A stretch of 64,000 bases of DNA from Burkholderiaceae bacterium (lineage in GTDB: Bacteria > Pseudomonadota > Gammaproteobacteria > Burkholderiales > Burkholderiaceae_C): positions 27,407 to 91,406 of the forward strand of contig JAXMFA010000013.1 in the NCBI GenBank assembly GCA_046348065.1, read 5' to 3'. Under the pieces are notes generated by a model, which had not been told where the DNA came from, did no database searches, and saw nothing but the letters and a program-made list of their open reading frames with translations. Positions within the stretch are counted from its first letter, which is position 1; each line of letters opens with the position of its first letter. A program made the translations under genes and the position numbers. This document shows, one piece after another, positions 37,010 through 47,123 of the stretch.

Positions 37010-38091
37010 GGTTGCGGGGCCTCCTTGGGCGGGCGTGGCGCGGTGCCGTCGCCCACCCAGGAGTCGAGCAACGTGTAGCCCACCGCCAGCAGCACCGGCC
37101 CGATGAAGATGCCCACCAGGCCGAAGCCGATCAGGCCGCCGATCACGCCGGCGAAGATCAGCAGCAGGGGCAGGTCGGCGCCGCGCTTGATGAGCGCCGG
37201 ACGCAGGAAGTTGTCCATGGTGGACACCACGGTGGACCAGACCAGCAGGAAGGTGCCCCAGCCGGTTTCGCCGGTCCAGTAGACCCAGGCCACGGCCGAG
37301 AACATCACGAGGAACGGGCCGATCTGCGCGATGCACAGCATCAGCATCACCGCCGTCAGCAGCCCGGCAAACGGCACCCCGGCGATCGCCAGGCCGATGC
37401 CGCCCAGGCCCGACTGCACCACCGCCGTGACGCCCACGCCGAGCGCAACGCCTCGGATGGCCTGTCCGGCCAGGGTCACGGCGTTTTCGCCGTTTTGCCC
37501 CGCCAGCCGGTGGCCGAAGCGCCGCACTGCGGCCGCGGCCGCCTCGCCCCCGGCGTACATGAGCGCCGAGATGATCACGGTCAGCAGGAACTGGAACAGC
37601 AGCATGCCGATGCTGCCAGCCTGTGACACCAGCCATTTCGCCACATCGTCGGCGTACGGCATGATGCGCGACACCAGGCCCGTGGCTCCGGCGGCGATGG
37701 CGTCCTCCCAGGCCTTGGCGATCTTTTCGCCGACGAACGGAATGCGGGCCACCCACTCCGGCGGATGCGGCACCGGCGAGCTGGTGATGGACTTGGCGCG
37801 GTCGATGATCTCGTCGGAGTGGCTCACGATGGTGCCGATGGCCAGCGTCAACGGCACGAAGAACAGCAGCAGCAGCAGCAGCGTCATCACGGTGACGGCC
37901 AGGCTGCGTTTGCGCCACAGCCGGGCCTCCAGCCACTTCATCACCGGCCAGGTGGAGACCACCAGCATCGTGGCCCAGATCGTTGCGCCGATGAAGGGGC
38001 GCAGGATCCAGAAGGCGGACAGGATCAACCCGCCCAGGAACAGCACGCCCAGCGTGGTGCGCACCAGGTCGGCAGGCGGTTTTTCTTGCAT
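37006..38091 (-). CDS. AI-2E family transporter (PerM/YdiK-like permease)
   Basis: ATG at 38091 (MQEKPPADLV). Multi-TM with STMDNFLRPALI and LLLIFAGVIGGL motifs. Confidence 0.85.
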   Translation of the reverse strand: MQEKPPADLVRTTLGVLFLGGLILSAFWILRPFIGATIWATMLVVSTWPVMKWLEARLWRKRSLAVTVMTLLLLLLFFVPLTLAIGTIVSHSDEIIDRAKSITSSPVPHPPEWVARIPFVGEKIAKAWEDAIAAGATGLVSRIMPYADDVAKWLVSQAGSIGMLLFQFLLTVIISALMYAGGEAAAAAVRRFGHRLAGQNGENAVTLAGQAIRGVALGVGVTAVVQSGLGGIGLAIAGVPFAGLLTAVMLMLCIAQIGPFLVMFSAVAWVYWTGETGWGTFLLVWSTVVSTMDNFLRPALIKRGADLPLLLIFAGVIGGLIGFGLVGIFIGPVLLAVGYTLLDSWVGDGTAPRPPKEAPQP

Positions 38092-38229
38092 GGGGCGGCT
38101 CCAGTCGGCTTTGGGTTCGGTAGGGTGCAAGTGTAGGGGGTCGGGGGCGGGGTGCCGGGTGCGCCGCGGCTTCGGGGCACAATGCACCAGCGCGCCTCGG
38201 TCGCCGACGCAGCGCAAGCCATCCGTACC

Positions 38230-39360
38230 ATGCCTGTCCGATCGTTCCTCATGCCGCTTGTCCTGGCGCTGGCCAGCGCGGGCGCCGCGGCCCAGTGGCT
38301 GCCGGCGCGCCTGACCGACCCCGCCGACGGCATGTTCGACATGAGCGACTACCTGCTCGAACACCGGGGCGTGCTGCCGGTGCCCATCGTCATCACCGAG
38401 CCGGCGGTGGGTTACGGCGGCGGCCTGGTGGGCGTGCTGTTCGACCAGCCGCTGGGCGACGCGCTCAAGACCAGCCTCGGCGAAACCGGCAAGCCGATCC
38501 CGCCGAACATGACCGCCATCGGGGGCTTCGGCACCGAGAACGGCACGCGCGGCGCATTGCTGGGCCATCGGCACACCTGGGACCACGACCGCTACCGCTA
38601 CCTGGGCGCCATCGGCAAGGTGGACGCCCGGCTCGACTATTACGGCCTGCTCGGCAAGCCGCGGGCCTACCAGCTCGACGGCGCCGGGCTGATGCAGCAG
38701 TTCCAGGTCCGGCTGGGCGACACCGACTGGTTCGTCGGGCCGCGTTATGCCTGGCTCAAGGTGAATCCGGCCTTCGGCGACGGCTGGCCGGCCGATCTGG
38801 ATGGCCGGGCCTTGCCCGAGGTGCGCATCGGGCGGCTCAGCCTGACGGTGGCGCACGACACGCGCAACAACATCTTCAACCCCACGTCCGGCCACATGGT
38901 GGAGTCCGAGCTGGTGGCCGCGAGCCCGCGGCTCGGCGGCACCACGAGCTACCAGCAGTTCAACATCCGCGGCTTCAACTGGACGCCGCTGGGCGAGCCG
39001 TTCATCCTGGGCCTGCGGGGCGACGTGCAGACCTCGCGCGGCGACATCCCGTTCTTCGCCAAGCCCTTCGTGTCGCTGCGCGGGATACCCGCCATGCGCT
39101 ACCAGGACGACAACGCCGCCGTGGCCGAGGTCGAGCTGTGGTGGCAGGCCACGCCGCGCTGGGCGCTGCTGGGCTTCACGGGGGCGGGGCGTACCTGGGG
39201 CAAACGCACCCTGTTCAGCCAGGTCGAAACCGTGAGCACGGTGGGTGGCGGCTTCCGTTACCTGATCGCGAGCAAACTCGGCCTGCACGCGGGCATCGAC
39301 ATCGCCAAAGGCCCGGAGGGCCGGGCCTTCTACATCCAGGTCGGCAGCCCCTGGCGCTGA
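38230..39360 (+). CDS. Omp85/BamA-family beta-barrel outer membrane protein without POTRA domains
   Basis: ATG at 38230. Signal peptide, DTRNNIFNPTSG and SLRGIP motifs of the surface antigen (D15) barrel. Confidence 0.7.
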   Translation: MPVRSFLMPLVLALASAGAAAQWLPARLTDPADGMFDMSDYLLEHRGVLPVPIVITEPAVGYGGGLVGVLFDQPLGDALKTSLGETGKPIPPNMTAIGGFGTENGTRGALLGHRHTWDHDRYRYLGAIGKVDARLDYYGLLGKPRAYQLDGAGLMQQFQVRLGDTDWFVGPRYAWLKVNPAFGDGWPADLDGRALPEVRIGRLSLTVAHDTRNNIFNPTSGHMVESELVAASPRLGGTTSYQQFNIRGFNWTPLGEPFILGLRGDVQTSRGDIPFFAKPFVSLRGIPAMRYQDDNAAVAEVELWWQATPRWALLGFTGAGRTWGKRTLFSQVETVSTVGGGFRYLIASKLGLHAGIDIAKGPEGRAFYIQVGSPWR

Positions 39361-39364
39361 TCGT

Positions 39365-40951
39365 TCAGCCCGCGCGCCGGGCGCGGCTGGCGGCGCGCTT
39401 GCGCGGGACCTTGACGGCGTCGGCCACCAGCTTGAGCTTGGGCTCGGGCTTGGCGCGGCGGCGCGTGACGGCGGGCTGCGGCGCGGCGGCCTCGATCATC
39501 GCGGCCGGCGCGGCCTTGACGTTCTCGCTTTCCTTCACATGCTCCTGGGCGCGCGCCAGCAGCGCCTGGTGTTCGGCCAGCAGGTAGTCACCGAGGTCGT
39601 TGACGTCGGGCAGCGTGCGGCGGCAGGCGATGAGGCCGTAGTCCAGCCGCCCGTTGTAGCTCTGCACCGTCACGTTCAGCGCCATGCTGTGCGCGGGGAT
39701 CGACACCGGGTAGTAACAGGCCACGGCGGCGCCGGCGTAGTACAGCGGCACCGGGATGCCGGCCACGTTGGAGATGATCAGGTTGGCAAAGGGCGGCACC
39801 ACGTTGGCCAGGCGCGAGCGGCCCAGCAGCGAGGCGATGCCCGAGACCAGCCACGGCGAACCCAGCATCGGAAAGTCGCTCGGGATTGCCGTCTTGACCC
39901 GGCTCATCATCGCCTTGCCGGCATCCGAGGATTCGTGGATCACCTTGAGCCGTTCCACCGGATCGGCCACGTCGGTGCCCAGCGACATGCGCAGCATGCT
40001 GACCTGGTTGTTGGCCGACTCGTCGCCCTGCGCGCGCAGGCTCACCGGCACCGCCGCCACCAGCGGCTTGTCGGGCAGGTCGTCGTACTCGCGCAGGTAG
40101 CGCCGCAGCGCGCCCGCCGTGGTGCCCATCACCACGTCGTTGAGGGTGACCCCGAAGGTCTTGGCGATGAACTTGGTCTCGGCCAGCGGGATCGTACGCC
40201 CGGCGAACGAACGCTGGTTGGTGATGGCCGTGTTGAGCAGCGTGCGCGGCGCGAACACCTTGAAGTCCGGCAGGCTCCAGTGGCGCTTGCCGTGCTCGTC
40301 CTTCTCGGGCACCACCACGTCGCGCACGGCCCGCGCCATCGAGGGCGCCATGCGGACCAGCTTGGCGGACTGCCGCACCGCGTTGCGGGCGGCGGCGCCG
40401 GCCAGCTCCGCGATGCCGAGCTGGTAACGGTTGTGGCGGGCGCGCGGGCGCGGCGGCTTGATGACGCGGCCGGTGGGCGCCAGGTCGAAGATCGCCTTGG
40501 CCACGGCCACACCGGCCTGGCCGTCGATGCCCGCGTGGTGCACCTTGGTGTACAGCGCCACCTGGCCACTCTTGAGGCCGTCGATGATGCACACCTCCCA
40601 CAGCGGGCGGCTGCGGTCCAGCAGCGAGGAATGCAGCCGCGCCACGTACTGCTGCAACTGCCGGTTGGTGCCGGGCTTGGGCAGCGTGATGTGGCGCACG
40701 TGGTAGTCGATGTCGATGTCCTCGTCTTCCACCCAGACCGGATCGGCCAGGTCGAAGGGCATCAGCTCCAGCTTGCGCGTGAACACGGCCGCCAGGTGCA
40801 GCCGCTCGCTCATCATCTTCTTGGCGTCTTCGTAGAAATCGCCGCTGTAGCCGGGGGGCAGATCGAGCACATTGAGCGAGCCGATGTGCATCGGCATCTC
40901 GGGCGATTCGATGTGCAGGAACATCGCGTCCATGCCGCTGAGGTGGTTCAT
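39365..40951 (-). CDS. WS/DGAT family acyltransferase, paralogue 3, with basic tail
   Basis: ATG at 40951 (MNHLSGMDAMFLHIESPEMPMH). HHAGIDGQAG, NDVVMG, SNVAGIP. Tail is ...AVTRRRAKPEPKLKLVADAVKVPRKRAASRARRAG. Confidence 0.9.
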   Translation of the reverse strand: MNHLSGMDAMFLHIESPEMPMHIGSLNVLDLPPGYSGDFYEDAKKMMSERLHLAAVFTRKLELMPFDLADPVWVEDEDIDIDYHVRHITLPKPGTNRQLQQYVARLHSSLLDRSRPLWEVCIIDGLKSGQVALYTKVHHAGIDGQAGVAVAKAIFDLAPTGRVIKPPRPRARHNRYQLGIAELAGAAARNAVRQSAKLVRMAPSMARAVRDVVVPEKDEHGKRHWSLPDFKVFAPRTLLNTAITNQRSFAGRTIPLAETKFIAKTFGVTLNDVVMGTTAGALRRYLREYDDLPDKPLVAAVPVSLRAQGDESANNQVSMLRMSLGTDVADPVERLKVIHESSDAGKAMMSRVKTAIPSDFPMLGSPWLVSGIASLLGRSRLANVVPPFANLIISNVAGIPVPLYYAGAAVACYYPVSIPAHSMALNVTVQSYNGRLDYGLIACRRTLPDVNDLGDYLLAEHQALLARAQEHVKESENVKAAPAAMIEAAAPQPAVTRRRAKPEPKLKLVADAVKVPRKRAASRARRAG

Positions 40952-41081
40952 TTGGGGGCTTCCTTGGGTTTCGCGGGAAAGGTTCGAAGTATCGCCGATG
41001 TGTGCGCGGCGCGCTGGCAAGCCGGCGACAGGTGGGGTGGGACAGGGGCGCAAATTCGTCTCAGAAACAGGCTGAATCGCC

Positions 41082-41145
41082 GATTTTCAGGTCGAATCAG
41101 CCATATCCCAACGCCAAATGGCCACTGGCCGCTATCAAATCAGGA
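41082..41145 (+). repeat. R65 dispersed intergenic element, copy h
   Basis: gattttcaggtcgaatcagccatatcccaacgccaaatggccactggccgctatcaaatcagga. Confidence 0.65.
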
Positions 41146-41156
41146 CTTCATGGCCA

Positions 41157-42056
41157 TCAGCCCGGCGGCAGCAACAGCAATTCGCTCAGGCCGCCTTCGG
41201 GCTCGAAACGGCGGTTGCGCCAGGTCAGGCGTGTCGGGCCGGGCCAGGCGCGGTCCGGTACGCTGTGGCGCGGGTCGCCGGGGTAGCAGATGACGCGCTC
41301 GCCGTCGAGGTCGAAGGCTTCGGGTTCGACGAGCGGCGGCGGCCGGCTGCGCGCGGCGATCATCACCGCGGCCACGCTGCCAAAGCCCGCCAGGTGGCGC
41401 AGGCTCAGGATCTGCGGCGGCGCCAGGTCGATGGCGCCCGCCCAGTACTGGCGCAGGCCCTCGGCGGGCAGCACCCAGAGGGTTTCGGTGGCCTCGTGGT
41501 CGTCGTGGCAGGCCTCCTGGCCGGCGGGCGCTTCGGCCAGGAAGAAGCGGGTGTCGAAGCGGCTGCGCGTGACCGAGGCCACGCGCGGCGTGATCCAGCG
41601 CGACCAGGGCACGAGCCGTGCCGTCTGCAGCGGCAGCCCGAGTGCGGCCAGCGCCGACGCAAAGGGTTCGCCGGACCGTGTTCGTGCCGCGACCTCCCGC
41701 ATGGCCGCTTGGTCGGCGCCATCGGCCAGCAGCAGGCCGCATTCTTCGAAGGTCTCGCGCAGCGCCGCAAGGTGCAGGCCCACGACCATCGCATCGTCGA
41801 GGTCGGGCTCGCCCAGCGCGACGCGCAGGCGCCGCGGTGTCTGGTCGAGCTGGCCGACCGCCACCGTCCGATCCTGGGGGTCGAGCTTGCCGCCGGGAAA
41901 CACGTGCGCCCCGCCCAGCACGGCGGAGTTGCCGTGGCGGCGCATCATCAGTACCTCGGGGCCTCGCGCGCTGTCGCGCAGCACCATCACCGTGGCCGAA
42001 GGCGCGGGCGGCGTGTGCACCTCGTCGGAGTTGATTTCAATCGCCATGCGCGGCAT
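41157..42056 (-). CDS. NUDIX hydrolase family protein
   Basis: Nudix-box-like GGKLDP...AALRETFEECGLLL. Start is ambiguous (42056 or 42047). Confidence 0.7.
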   Translation of the reverse strand: MPRMAIEINSDEVHTPPAPSATVMVLRDSARGPEVLMMRRHGNSAVLGGAHVFPGGKLDPQDRTVAVGQLDQTPRRLRVALGEPDLDDAMVVGLHLAALRETFEECGLLLADGADQAAMREVAARTRSGEPFASALAALGLPLQTARLVPWSRWITPRVASVTRSRFDTRFFLAEAPAGQEACHDDHEATETLWVLPAEGLRQYWAGAIDLAPPQILSLRHLAGFGSVAAVMIAARSRPPPLVEPEAFDLDGERVICYPGDPRHSVPDRAWPGPTRLTWRNRRFEPEGGLSELLLLPPG

Positions 42057-42114
42057 TGTCGCGCCGGGGCTGGCACCCGGCTGTCACCTGCGGCGCGCCG
42101 GCCGGCGGGCGGGG

Positions 42115-42283
42115 CTCAGAGGCTGAGAGGGAATTGGGCGTGCCCGAAAGGGCGCCCCAAAGAACCGCCGGCAAGGCGCAAAGCACAGCCGTAGCTCGGG
42201 CTACGGCGCGCATTTGCAACGCCGGCGGCGGTGTTTTGGGGCGTCAAGGCGGGCATGACCGATTTCCTCTCAGCCTCTCAGAG
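42115..42283. repeat. long imperfect palindrome (about 170 bp) with central GC hairpin; single copy in window
   Basis: Left arm ctcagaggctgagagggaattgggcgtgcccg..ccccaaagaaccgccggc pairs with right arm gccggcggcggtgttttggggcg..cgggcatgaccgatttcctctcagcctctcagagg. Centre is gccgtagc-tcgg-gctacggc (42188-42207). The right arm covers the stop codon at 42278. Confidence 0.75.
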
Positions 42284-43750
42284 GTAGCCCAGCAGGCGCC
42301 ACCAGACGCCGCCCACGATCACGAGCACCGCGAGGTTGACCACGCTGAGCACGGCGCCGGCGGCCCACCATTCGTTCAGCGTGGTGTAGCCCGAGCCGAA
42401 GATGATGGGCGCGGTGCCGGTGCCGTAGTGGGTCAGCGACATCATCAGCGAGGACGAAAACGCCAGCAGCAGCGCCAGCAGCATCGGCGGCGCCCCCAGT
42501 GCGACGCCGGCGGCGAAGAAGGCGCCGAACATGGCCGTGATGTGGGCCGTGGTGCTGGCGAAGAAGTAGTGCGCGTAGAAGTAGATCAGCACCAGCACCG
42601 CGGTGGCGCCCATCCAGCCCAGGCCCAGGCCCGTGATGCCGGTCTGGATCGACTGCGAGAACCACGCGATCAGGCCCAGTTTGCCCAGGAAGGTGGCCAT
42701 CATCACCAGCGCGGCGAACCAGACCAGGGTGTCCCAGGCGCTTTTCGCCTTCAGGATGTCTTCCCACTCCAGCACGCCGCAGAGAATGAGCAGCGACAGG
42801 CCGATCAGCGCGGTGGTGGTGGCATTGAGGTCGTAGGCCGGGCCCAGCAGCAGCGCGGGCACGCCGGCCCACATGAGCAGCATCAGCGCCAGCACGCCCA
42901 GCGTCACGTGCTCCGAGGGCTTCATCGGCCCCAGCTTGTCGAGCTCTTTCAGTGCCATGCCTTTGGCGTCGGGCGTGTTCCTGATCTCGGGCGGAAACAG
43001 CGCGTACAGCACCAGCGGCATCAGCAGCAGCATCACCAGCCCCGGCAGCAGCGCGGCCAGCGCCCACTGGGTCCAGGTGATCTGGATCGCGGAATTCGTG
43101 CCCTTGGCGATCAGGTCGACGATCAGCGGGTTGGGCGCGGTGGCCGTGATGAACATGGCCGAGGTGATCGGGTTGGTGTTGTAGTTCACCAGGGCCAGGT
43201 AGCGGCCGATCTTGTTTTGGGTGCCCCGGTCCGGGCTGGAGCCGAAACCATCGGCGATGGAGCGCATCACCGGGTGGATGATCGCGCCGCCGCGCGCGGT
43301 GTTGCTGGGCGTGACCGGCGCGATCACCAGCTCCGACAGCACCAGCCCGTAGGCCACGCCGACCGACTTCTTGCCGAACAGCGCGATGAAGTGGTAGCCG
43401 ATGCGCGTGCCCAGGCCGGTCTTGGTCAGCGCGATGGCGATCATCACCGCGATCGCGATCAGCCAGATCAGCGGGTTGGCGAAGCCGCTCAGCGCATCAA
43501 GGATCGCGCCCTCGGGCTTGCCGGGGCGGGTGACCTCGGTGATGGCCACCAGCGCGATCGCGATGATCGACACCGCGCCGATGGGCAGGGCCTTGCCGAT
43601 GATGGCCGCGATGGTGCCGGCGAACAGCGCCAGCAGGTGCCAGGCCTCTGGCGTGACCTTCTCGGGCACGGGGATGACGAACCAGATCAACAGCCCGATG
43701 CCGAGGGCGATGGCGGTGGGCAGCGGTTTGGGAAAGGTGAGCGGGTTCAT
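42278..43750 (-). CDS. DASS/SLC13 family anion:sodium symporter (anion permease)
   Basis: ATG at 43750 (MNPLTFPKP) with GGAG RBS. Multi-TM, with the SNTARGGAI motif characteristic of DASS hairpins. Confidence 0.85.
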   Translation of the reverse strand: MNPLTFPKPLPTAIALGIGLLIWFVIPVPEKVTPEAWHLLALFAGTIAAIIGKALPIGAVSIIAIALVAITEVTRPGKPEGAILDALSGFANPLIWLIAIAVMIAIALTKTGLGTRIGYHFIALFGKKSVGVAYGLVLSELVIAPVTPSNTARGGAIIHPVMRSIADGFGSSPDRGTQNKIGRYLALVNYNTNPITSAMFITATAPNPLIVDLIAKGTNSAIQITWTQWALAALLPGLVMLLLMPLVLYALFPPEIRNTPDAKGMALKELDKLGPMKPSEHVTLGVLALMLLMWAGVPALLLGPAYDLNATTTALIGLSLLILCGVLEWEDILKAKSAWDTLVWFAALVMMATFLGKLGLIAWFSQSIQTGITGLGLGWMGATAVLVLIYFYAHYFFASTTAHITAMFGAFFAAGVALGAPPMLLALLLAFSSSLMMSLTHYGTGTAPIIFGSGYTTLNEWWAAGAVLSVVNLAVLVIVGGVWWRLLGYL

Positions 43751-43783
43751 GCGGGGCTCCAAAGGGGCAGCAAGACGGTGTCG

Positions 43784-44986
43784 TCAATACAAGGGCAACA
43801 TCAGGAACAGCTTGATCACCAGCGCATTGGCCAGGTCGATGAAGAACGCGCCCACCATCGGCACGACCAGAAACGCCAGCGGCGAATTGCCGAAGCGGTC
43901 GGTCACGGCCTGCATGTTGGCGATGGCGGTGGGCGTGGCGCCCAGGCCGAAGCCGCAGTGCCCGGCGGCGATCACGGCCGCGTCGTAGTTGCGGCCCATG
44001 ACCGGGAAGGTGACGAAGATGGCGTAGGCCGCCATCAGCGCCGTCTGCCCCAGCAGCAGGACCAGCATCGGCAGCGCCAGGCTCGACAGTTCCCACAGCC
44101 GCATCGACATCAGCGCCAGCGCCAGGAACAGCGCCAGCGACACGTTGCCCAGCACCGACACCGCGCGCTCGAACACCGTGTACTTGCCGGCTGCGGCCAG
44201 GCCATTGCGCAGGATCACGCCCACGAACAGCACGCAGACAAAGGCGGGCAGCTCCATGAAGGTGCCGGCCAGGGCGCGCGCGATCTGCTGGCCCACCAGC
44301 AGGCAGACCGAGATCAGCGCGAGCGTTTCGATCAGCGCCGGCGCGGTGATCAGGCGCACCTCGGCCGGGTGTTCGAACAGCGTGGGCTCCTGATGGGCGC
44401 TATCCGCCCCCGGCTTCACGCGTACCTTGCCCAGCAGGTGCCGGGCCACGGGCCCGCCGATCACCCCGCCGAGCACCAGGCCGAAGGTGGCCGAGGCGAT
44501 GGCGATTTCCTTCGCGCCCGCCAGCTGGTAGCGCTCGGTGAACACGGCGCTCCAGGCGGCGCCGGTGCCGTGCCCGCCCGACAGCGAGATCGACCCGGCC
44601 AGCAGGCCCACCAGCGGTGACTGGCCCAGCAGCATCGCCAGGCCGATGCCGGTGAGGTTCTGCAGCACCAGAAAGCCCACCACCACCGCCAGCAGCACCA
44701 CCAGCGGCCGGCCGCCGCGCAGCAGGCTGGGCAGGTCGGCGTTGAGGCCGATGCAGGCGAAAAAGGCCAGCATCAGCGGCGGGCCGAGGGTCTTGTCGAA
44801 GCCGACCTGGATCGCGGCGGTGGCGTGCAGCAGCCACAACAGCAACGCCACCGCCAGGCCGCCCACCACCGGCTCCGGGATGCTGTAGGTGTTGAGCACC
44901 TTCCAGCTGGCCACCAGCTTGCGCCCGGCCAGCAACACCAGGGAGGCGGCGGTCAGGGTGCCGAAGACGTCGAGTTCGATCAGCAT
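43784..44986 (-). CDS. gltS: sodium/glutamate symporter
   Basis: ATG at 44986. MLIELDVFGTLTAASLVLLAGRKL... and GGHGTGAAW match recalled GltS. Confidence 0.8.
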   Translation of the reverse strand: MLIELDVFGTLTAASLVLLAGRKLVASWKVLNTYSIPEPVVGGLAVALLLWLLHATAAIQVGFDKTLGPPLMLAFFACIGLNADLPSLLRGGRPLVVLLAVVVGFLVLQNLTGIGLAMLLGQSPLVGLLAGSISLSGGHGTGAAWSAVFTERYQLAGAKEIAIASATFGLVLGGVIGGPVARHLLGKVRVKPGADSAHQEPTLFEHPAEVRLITAPALIETLALISVCLLVGQQIARALAGTFMELPAFVCVLFVGVILRNGLAAAGKYTVFERAVSVLGNVSLALFLALALMSMRLWELSSLALPMLVLLLGQTALMAAYAIFVTFPVMGRNYDAAVIAAGHCGFGLGATPTAIANMQAVTDRFGNSPLAFLVVPMVGAFFIDLANALVIKLFLMLPLY

Positions 44987-45061
44987 GGATGCGGGCCGGT
45001 AGCGGTTTGGGTGGAAATATACGCCGCATCGGGTCACCGGCCGCGCTGATACATTCACCCG

Positions 45062-46273
45062 ATGCCCGACGACTCGCTTGCCCGCCTGCTGAAAATTCGC
45101 CCGTTCATGCGTTTCTGGCTGGCCCGGCTGGGCGGCATCGCGGCCAACCAGATGCTGCTGGTGGCCGTGGCCTGGCACCTGTACGACATCACCGGCAGCG
45201 CCTGGGACCTCGGCCTGGTCGGCCTGTTCCAGTTCGTGCCCGCGCTGCTCATGACCCTGCCCGCCGGCCACGTCGCCGACCGCCTGCACCGCGGCCGCAT
45301 CTTCGCTGCCTGCATGGCCGCGCAGGCGCTGGTGGCCTTGCTGCTGGTGGCGGCCACGCAGGGCGGGTATGCCACGCGGGGGCTGGTCTTCGGGATCTCG
45401 GTCGTGCTGGGCGTGGCGCGCGCCTTCCAGATGCCGGCACAGCAGGCGCTCACGCCCTTGCTGGTGCCGCCGACCCTGCTGGCGCGCGCGGTGGCGGTCA
45501 GCGCCAGCGGGGTGCAGGCGGCGGTCATCGGCGGGCCGGCGCTGGGCGGACTGCTCTATGTGACGGGCGCCTCGACCGTCTACCTCAGCTGCGCGACCTT
45601 GCTGGCGCTGTCGTGCGCGCTGGCGCTGGCGGTGCGTCATCCCCATCAGGCCGCCACCGAGGGGGCCACCTGGCGCACGGTATTGGCGGGCGTGGGATTC
45701 GTCTGGCGCCACAAGTTGCTGCTCGGTGCCACCTCGCTGGACCTGTTCGCGGTGCTGCTCGGCGGCGCCACGGCGCTGCTGCCGATCTATGCGCGCGACA
45801 TCCTGCACACCGGACCGCAGGGTCTGGGCCTGCTGCGCGCGGCACCGGCCGTGGGCGCGCTGGCGATGTCGCTGGTCCTGGCGCGCTGGCCCTTGCAGCG
45901 CCGCGTCGGCGGCAAGCTGCTGGGGGCGGTGGCGGTGTTCGGCGTGGCCACGGTGGTGTTCGGCCTGTCGGAACACTTCGGCCTGTCGCTGCTGGCGCTG
46001 GCCGTCACCGGCGCGGCCGACAACGTCAGCGTGGTGACGCGCCAGACCTTGGTGCAACTGGAGACGCCGGACGCCATGCGCGGGCGCGTGGCGGCGGTCA
46101 ACTCGATCTTCATCGGCGCGTCCAACCAGCTCGGCGAGTTCGAATCGGGCGCCACCGCCGCGCTGTTCGGGCCGGTGGGCTCGGTGGTGATGGGGGGCGC
46201 GGGCACGGTGCTGGTGGCCGCCTTGTGGTTGCGCCTGTTTCCCGCGCTGGCGCGGCGCGACCGCATGGTGTGA
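45062..46273 (+). CDS. MFS transporter (EntS/MFS_3-like)
   Basis: 12-TM pattern. PAGHVADRLHRGRI loop 2-3 motif. Confidence 0.8.
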   Translation: MPDDSLARLLKIRPFMRFWLARLGGIAANQMLLVAVAWHLYDITGSAWDLGLVGLFQFVPALLMTLPAGHVADRLHRGRIFAACMAAQALVALLLVAATQGGYATRGLVFGISVVLGVARAFQMPAQQALTPLLVPPTLLARAVAVSASGVQAAVIGGPALGGLLYVTGASTVYLSCATLLALSCALALAVRHPHQAATEGATWRTVLAGVGFVWRHKLLLGATSLDLFAVLLGGATALLPIYARDILHTGPQGLGLLRAAPAVGALAMSLVLARWPLQRRVGGKLLGAVAVFGVATVVFGLSEHFGLSLLALAVTGAADNVSVVTRQTLVQLETPDAMRGRVAAVNSIFIGASNQLGEFESGATAALFGPVGSVVMGGAGTVLVAALWLRLFPALARRDRMV

Positions 46274-46361
46274 GCGGGCGCCCGGGAAACCGGGGATGTG
46301 CCGCCACCGCGCCTCCCTGACGGGCGCTCACCCGGCCCCGAACCCGATCGCCCGCGAAGGC

Positions 46362-46586
46362 TTATTGGGCCTGCTTGCCCTTCATGTTGCCGACCACGCC
46401 GCCGGCTACCGCACCGACGGCAGCGCCGGTCCAGCCGCTGCCGCCCGCGATGGCGGCAATGCCGGCGCCCGCCGCCGCGCCGATGGCCGCGCCGCTCATG
46501 GTGCCTTGCTGTTGCGGGGTCATGTTGGTGCAGCCGATGAGCCCGCCTGCGATCAGCGCGAGCGAAATGGTGGTGATTTTTTTCAT
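46362..46586 (-). CDS. glycine-zipper (OsmB/YMGG-like) small lipoprotein
   Basis: Lipobox LIAGGLIGC. GAAIGAAAGAGIAAIAGG..GAAVGAVAGGVVG glycine zipper. Confidence 0.7.
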   Translation of the reverse strand: MKKITTISLALIAGGLIGCTNMTPQQQGTMSGAAIGAAAGAGIAAIAGGSGWTGAAVGAVAGGVVGNMKGKQAQ

Positions 46587-46598
46587 GATGCGACTCCT

Positions 46599-46988
46599 TT
46601 ACTTGTTCTGTTGCAGGCCCGGAACGACCAGCTCGTACCAGATGGTCTCGATCACCGGCTGCTGCATGCGGCCGGGGTTCTTCGCGTACCAGGCGTCCAC
46701 CTTGGCGATCGCGCCGTCCAGGGTGTTGCCCTTCAGGCCCTTGGCGAACCGCGGCACGACGGTCTGCGACTCCGGCAGGGTGTTGCCGGCCTGGTAGGCG
46801 ACTTCCACCTGCAGCATGTTGGTCAGGCCGACCAGGTAGGCCTTCTTGCTCTGTTCGGTGGACTTGGTCCAGTGTTCGCCGGTGACCAGCGGGATTTCCT
46901 GCGCCTGTGCGGCGCCGCCCGCCAGCGCGGCCACCGCGCAGGCGGCCACCAGCATGGCGCGCAGGCGGGATTTCAGGGAAAGATGCAT
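46599..46988 (-). CDS. hypothetical exported protein
   Basis: Signal peptide MHLSLKSRLRAMLVAACAVAALAGGAAQA. Probably co-transcribed with the glycine-zipper gene. Confidence 0.6.
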   Translation of the reverse strand: MHLSLKSRLRAMLVAACAVAALAGGAAQAQEIPLVTGEHWTKSTEQSKKAYLVGLTNMLQVEVAYQAGNTLPESQTVVPRFAKGLKGNTLDGAIAKVDAWYAKNPGRMQQPVIETIWYELVVPGLQQNK

Positions 46989-47123
46989 CGACAGCTCCTT
47001 GTGGGTGATGGAACGATCATTCTAGGCTGGAGTCCGACCGCTTCCTGATTCGCTCTGGAAGCCGGGACCGTGACAGGGTCTGCCCGGGTACACACGCACC
47101 ACCGCCGGGCCTATTCTGGCCAC

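Noticed and set aside
38092-39288. Upstream extension of the AI-2E transporter ORF to 760 aa
   Set aside because: The extension is antisense to the Omp85-family gene. The hydrophobic transporter body starts at 38091.
42056-44620. 854-aa ORF antisense to the DASS and GltS transporter genes
   Set aside because: It crosses two minus-strand membrane-protein genes and the long palindrome. Extreme Arg/Gly/Asp/His/Gln low complexity.
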